A stretch of 18,657 nt of DNA from positions 1 to 18,657 of the forward strand of contig JAYWEM010000134.1 of assembly GCA_043779265.1 (NCBI GenBank), in the 5' to 3' direction. Source of the stretch: a bacterium (GTDB lineage Bacteria > Eisenbacteria > RBG-16-71-46). Made by a program: the position numbers and the translations under genes. Below the pieces are notes generated by a model. That model had not been told where the DNA came from. It was given only the letters and a program-made list of their open reading frames with translations, and did no database searches. Numbering within the stretch: position 1 is the stretch's first letter; each line of letters starts with the position of its first letter. This document shows, in pieces, positions 15,209-18,657 of this stretch.

Positions 15209-15781
15209 ATGTGGAATGAGTTCATTCGAACCGTGTCGCAACCGTGGCCCTGGTACGTCTCCGGGCCCCTCATCGGTCTGACCGTCCCGATTCTGCTCCT
15301 CATCGGCAATCGGATGTTCGGCGTCTCCAGCAACCTGAGGCACCTGTGCGCTGCCACGATACCGGCGCGTGTCTCGCTCTTCGACTATGACTGGAAACGA
15401 GCGGGCGGCTGGAACCTCGTGTTCGCTGCCGGCATCATGATCGGCGGTCTCGTCGCTGGGGCATTCCTCGGCGCACACCAGATGGCGCCGCTCAGTGCCA
15501 GCGCCACGGCGATGTTCGAGGGGATGGGCTTGGTCGCGCCTCAGGGCCTGCTCCCGCCGGAACTGTTCGCTTGGAGCGCGCTCGCGGACCCTCGCATGCT
15601 GGCGATCCTCGTCGTCGGGGGGTTCCTCGTCGGTTTCGGCGCCTCGTACGCGGGAGGGTGCACGTCCGGCCATGCGATCACCGGGCTCTCGGACTTCCAA
15701 CTCCCGTCGCTCGTGGCTGTGCTCGGTTTCTTCGTGGGCGGCCTGATCAGCGCCTGGCTCATCCTGCCGCGCATCCTGTGA
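15209..15781 (+). CDS. YeeE/YedE-family sulfur transporter subunit
   Basis: PWPWYVSGPLIG, GGFLVGFGASYAGGCTSGHAITGLS signature, multi-TM. Confidence 0.92.
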   Translation: MWNEFIRTVSQPWPWYVSGPLIGLTVPILLLIGNRMFGVSSNLRHLCAATIPARVSLFDYDWKRAGGWNLVFAAGIMIGGLVAGAFLGAHQMAPLSASATAMFEGMGLVAPQGLLPPELFAWSALADPRMLAILVVGGFLVGFGASYAGGCTSGHAITGLSDFQLPSLVAVLGFFVGGLISAWLILPRIL

Positions 15782-15803
15782 CCTGCAACCGAATGGAGTC
15801 CCG

Positions 15804-16268
15804 ATGAGCCTTCCCGATATTGCTTCGCCTCGCTCCGCTTCGCCGCGACTGGCGGCGCTCGCCGGCTACCTGCTGGCGGGGATCCTCTTCGGCATCATCC
15901 TCACCAAGTCCGAAGCGGTGTCATGGTTCCGGATCCAGGAGATGTTCCGGTTCCAGTCGTTCCACATGTACGGGATCATCGGGAGCGCGATCGCCGTGGC
16001 CGCCGTGGCGCTTCAGATCATCAAGCGCAATCGGATTCGGTCGCTCGATGGCGAACTCATCCATGTGCCCGCGAAGTCGATGGGCACGGGCCGGCACTAT
16101 GCGATCGGCGGCACCTTGTTCGGCATTGGCTGGGGACTCGCCGGCGCCTGTCCCGGCCCGATCTTCGCTCTGATGGGGACAGGAGCATGGGTGATGGCGA
16201 TCGTGCTGCTCAGTGCGACGCTGGGAACATGGGCGTACGGCTGGATGAAGCCGCACCTGCCGCACTGA
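15804..16268 (+). CDS. YeeE/YedE-family sulfur transporter subunit (partner half)
   Basis: GILFGIILTKSEAVSWFRIQEMFRFQSFHMYG and GGTLFGIGWGLAGACPGP signature. Confidence 0.92.
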   Translation: MSLPDIASPRSASPRLAALAGYLLAGILFGIILTKSEAVSWFRIQEMFRFQSFHMYGIIGSAIAVAAVALQIIKRNRIRSLDGELIHVPAKSMGTGRHYAIGGTLFGIGWGLAGACPGPIFALMGTGAWVMAIVLLSATLGTWAYGWMKPHLPH

Positions 16269-16290
16269 GCTGGGCTCGGGCTTCGTCCGG

Positions 16291-18002
16291 TCAGGTGTTC
16301 CGAATGCGGAAGGCCCCAGGCTCGCCCCGCGGCCCCTTCGGCTCGGCCGGCAGGACCATGGCATTCGCATCGCGAAGAGCATGGTAGGCGGGCGGCAGGA
16401 TCTCGACACCGGCGCGATCGAACTCATCCTGGATCGCGGCGTGCAGGTCCGAATGGAGCCGCAGCTGCGGGTGCGACAGCCGTGTCACACAGGTGAGTTC
16501 ATAGGCGACGTAGTAGTCGTCGAGTGAGCGCTGGAACACTTTCGGCTCGGGAGTCGTCTCGACCCCATCGACCAACTTGGCGGCGGCGATCAGCAGCGCG
16601 TGCACCTGACGCCATTCCACGTCATAGCCGATCGTGATCTGAGTATGGAGGACGAGCCCCTGCTCCTCGGCGAGGCGCGTGTAGTTGATGATCGCGGACG
16701 AGGCCACCTGACCGCCGGTCTGCTCGCCGATCTTGACGCGATCGCCCACCGCGAACGAGCGTGAATAGGTGAGCACGAGCCCCGCGATGATGTTCCCGAC
16801 GATGCCGGTCGATCCGAGCGAAACGAGCACGCCGAGGAACAGCGAGACGCCTTGGAACGCCTTGGACTGGGCACCCGGGAAGAAGGGGAAGGCGATGATG
16901 ACGGCGGCCAGCCAGAACAGGATCCGCAGCAGGCGCTTGCTGGGACGCGCCAGTTCGGGGTGGAAACCCGGCATCTGATGCGTGCCATCCTCGATCGCGT
17001 CGAAGAAGCGATCGACCAGCTGGGTCAGCCAGTTCGTGATCACGATGATGATCGCGACCATGAACAGCCCCGGGAGTGCCGAGCCGATTGACCGCGCCGC
17101 ATCTCCAAGCTGCGTGCCGGCGAAGTTCAGGAGCTGCCAGCTCCAACTCTGAGTCCACGGGAACAGCGAGAGCACGAGGGTCAGGTAGATGTACAGCAGA
17201 ACCAGGCCGATCAGCAGGTCGATTCGCGACAGGATGCCGCTGACGACGGCGATGACCTGCCCCTGCGAGAGGATCTCGAAGTCGCGAAGCCGGAGCCCCT
17301 TCACATACTTGGGCAGCATGTCCTTGAGCCAAGCCCGCCAGCGCAGGTCCCCGGCGGAGAGCAGGCGCATCGCCACGATCGCCGCGGTCGTGATACCGAT
17401 GGCGAAGAGGATGGAGAAGAGGATGCCGAGCGGTCGCCTGCCCGCGCGCTCCTTCTCGATGCCGGTCCGGATCCGCATGGGGAGCTCTGCGATCTGAGCA
17501 GCCAACTCGGTCGGCGACTGCCCTTCGACATCGCCGGATGTGATGACCCAGAGGAAGGACGACCCAGACGGACCTCGATGCCATCGGGCGTGGTCACCAG
17601 CGCGACCGAGTCGGCCGGCACACGGGAGTCGGCTACGGCTGAACCGAGCCTCGACCGGATAGCGCTGGCCCGCTGGGCAGGGGAGAGCCCGTCTCGACTC
17701 GAGCGGATACGGAAGATCTCCTTGCCGCCCACGAAGACCGGTGCACTCGGGATCGGTGCCGTCGACAGGGTCTCGGGTGTCGCGCTCTCCGCCTGGTTGG
17801 TGAGCGTCTCCGAGGCCCGGTGCAGCGCGGTCGAGTCGACGAGCACGGTGTCGGGCTGCGCCGCGATCGCCGAGGAATCGATGGCGACCCCCGCGACCGA
17901 GTCGTGAGCAGCCAGTGACTGAGCCGAGGTCGAAGCCGGGAAGAGGAGACTTGCGAACAGGAGCAGGCGAGCGAACGTCCCGCATCGACTCGTTGACCGC
18001 AT
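16291..18002 (-). pseudogene. MscS-family mechanosensitive channel, frameshifted at about 17563-17565 and with an apparent internal deletion
   Basis: The N-terminus (ATG 18002, signal peptide, APVFVGGKEIFRI...SPAQRA...GIEVRLG) is in one frame and the TM plus MscS domain (FQGVSLFLGVLVSLGS...NIIAG...FAVGDRVKIG...ITIGYDV...LDDYYVAYEL...IQDEF) is in another. One added G in a GGG run joins them. Confidence 0.85.
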
Positions 18003-18097
18003 GGGAGAACCCTCTGGTCGGCGACGGCTGGGCTCAGCGAAGTGGGATGGTAGTGATGTGGGGCGTCGAATCGACCGCATGACACGACCGCGGTCCG

Positions 18098-18655
18098 TCA
18101 CTCCCGGAACGCGATCTGGAACTTGAGGAGCAGCTGATGATGCTCGGGGCCCGTCTCCGTCGGGATCACATAGTCGGCCTGCATGCGCACCGAGGGCGAG
18201 GGGGCGAGATCGAAACCGAGCAGGATGAGGTCGCGATCGGGGCCGCCACCGTCTCGACTGAATCGATCCAGCCGGACTCGTGTCTGAAGCGTCGGACTCA
18301 GACGACAGCCGAGCGTCACGTGCCCGCCGAACGGGTCGTAGACCTCGGGGAAGAATCGGGACTCGTAGTCGAACCGTGCGGCGATCCACTCGCCCCCGAT
18401 CATCCAGGCGGCTCGTTCCCACCGAAGATCGGCGCCAACGATCCGGCGTTTTCCCCGGAATGACGGGAAGTAGGGAGGAGAACCCCCGGGTCCGATGAAG
18501 TCGTGTGAGTGCAGGAAGCTGGCGCCCAGCGAGAGCACGCCCACACCCCTCGAATCGGCGAACGGCATCCCCTCGGCACGAGCGGCGAACAGGAAGTCCT
18601 CGTTGTCGTTCGAATTGGCTTCGTTCCCATTGAACAGGCCAGCGGCGAGGTCGAC
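18098..18655 (-). CDS. outer-membrane porin, OprO/OprP phosphate-selective porin-like (5' truncated by window edge)
   Basis: Frame is open to the window edge: VDLAAGLFNGNEANSNDNEDFLFAARAEGMPF..., amphipathic beta strands (IVGADLRW, IGGEWI, VRMQADYV) and a terminal strand LLLKFQIAF. Confidence 0.75.
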   Translation of the reverse strand, partial: VDLAAGLFNGNEANSNDNEDFLFAARAEGMPFADSRGVGVLSLGASFLHSHDFIGPGGSPPYFPSFRGKRRIVGADLRWERAAWMIGGEWIAARFDYESRFFPEVYDPFGGHVTLGCRLSPTLQTRVRLDRFSRDGGGPDRDLILLGFDLAPSPSVRMQADYVIPTETGPEHHQLLLKFQIAFRE

Positions 18656-18657
18656 GC

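Noticed and set aside
16265..16291. Intrinsic terminator between the convergent yeeE and mscS genes
   Set aside because: Only short imperfect hairpins and no U-tract on either strand.

Overview
High-GC window from a diderm bacterium (LPS heptose epimerase and a porin are present; lineage cannot be fixed from sequence alone). Left to right: (1) the 3' end of an RCK-C/TrkA-C protein coupled to hldD/rfaD; (2) a signalling cluster made of a degenerate hybrid kinase, an NtrC-family sigma-54 activator, a sigma-54 promoter, a canonical PAS-PAS hybrid kinase and a REC/HD-GYP phosphodiesterase; (3) a secreted CBM20-like/esterase fusion; (4) a minus-strand, translationally coupled operon of TPR-CHAT protease, ECF sigma factor and single-pass anti-sigma-like protein, in which the protease ORF is broken by one in-frame TAA; (5) a divergent sulfane-sulfur operon (TauE, CstB-like persulfide dioxygenase-rhodanese, ArsR, two YeeE/YedE) behind a sigma-70 promoter whose -10 is covered by a perfect palindrome shaped like an SOS box; (6) a minus-strand MscS gene with a frameshift and an apparent internal deletion; (7) a truncated OprO/OprP-like porin. 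The best candidate for a poorly described system is the CHAT-ECF-anti-sigma module. All family assignments come from motif recognition, not database searches. No RNA genes, CRISPR arrays or mobile elements were seen.
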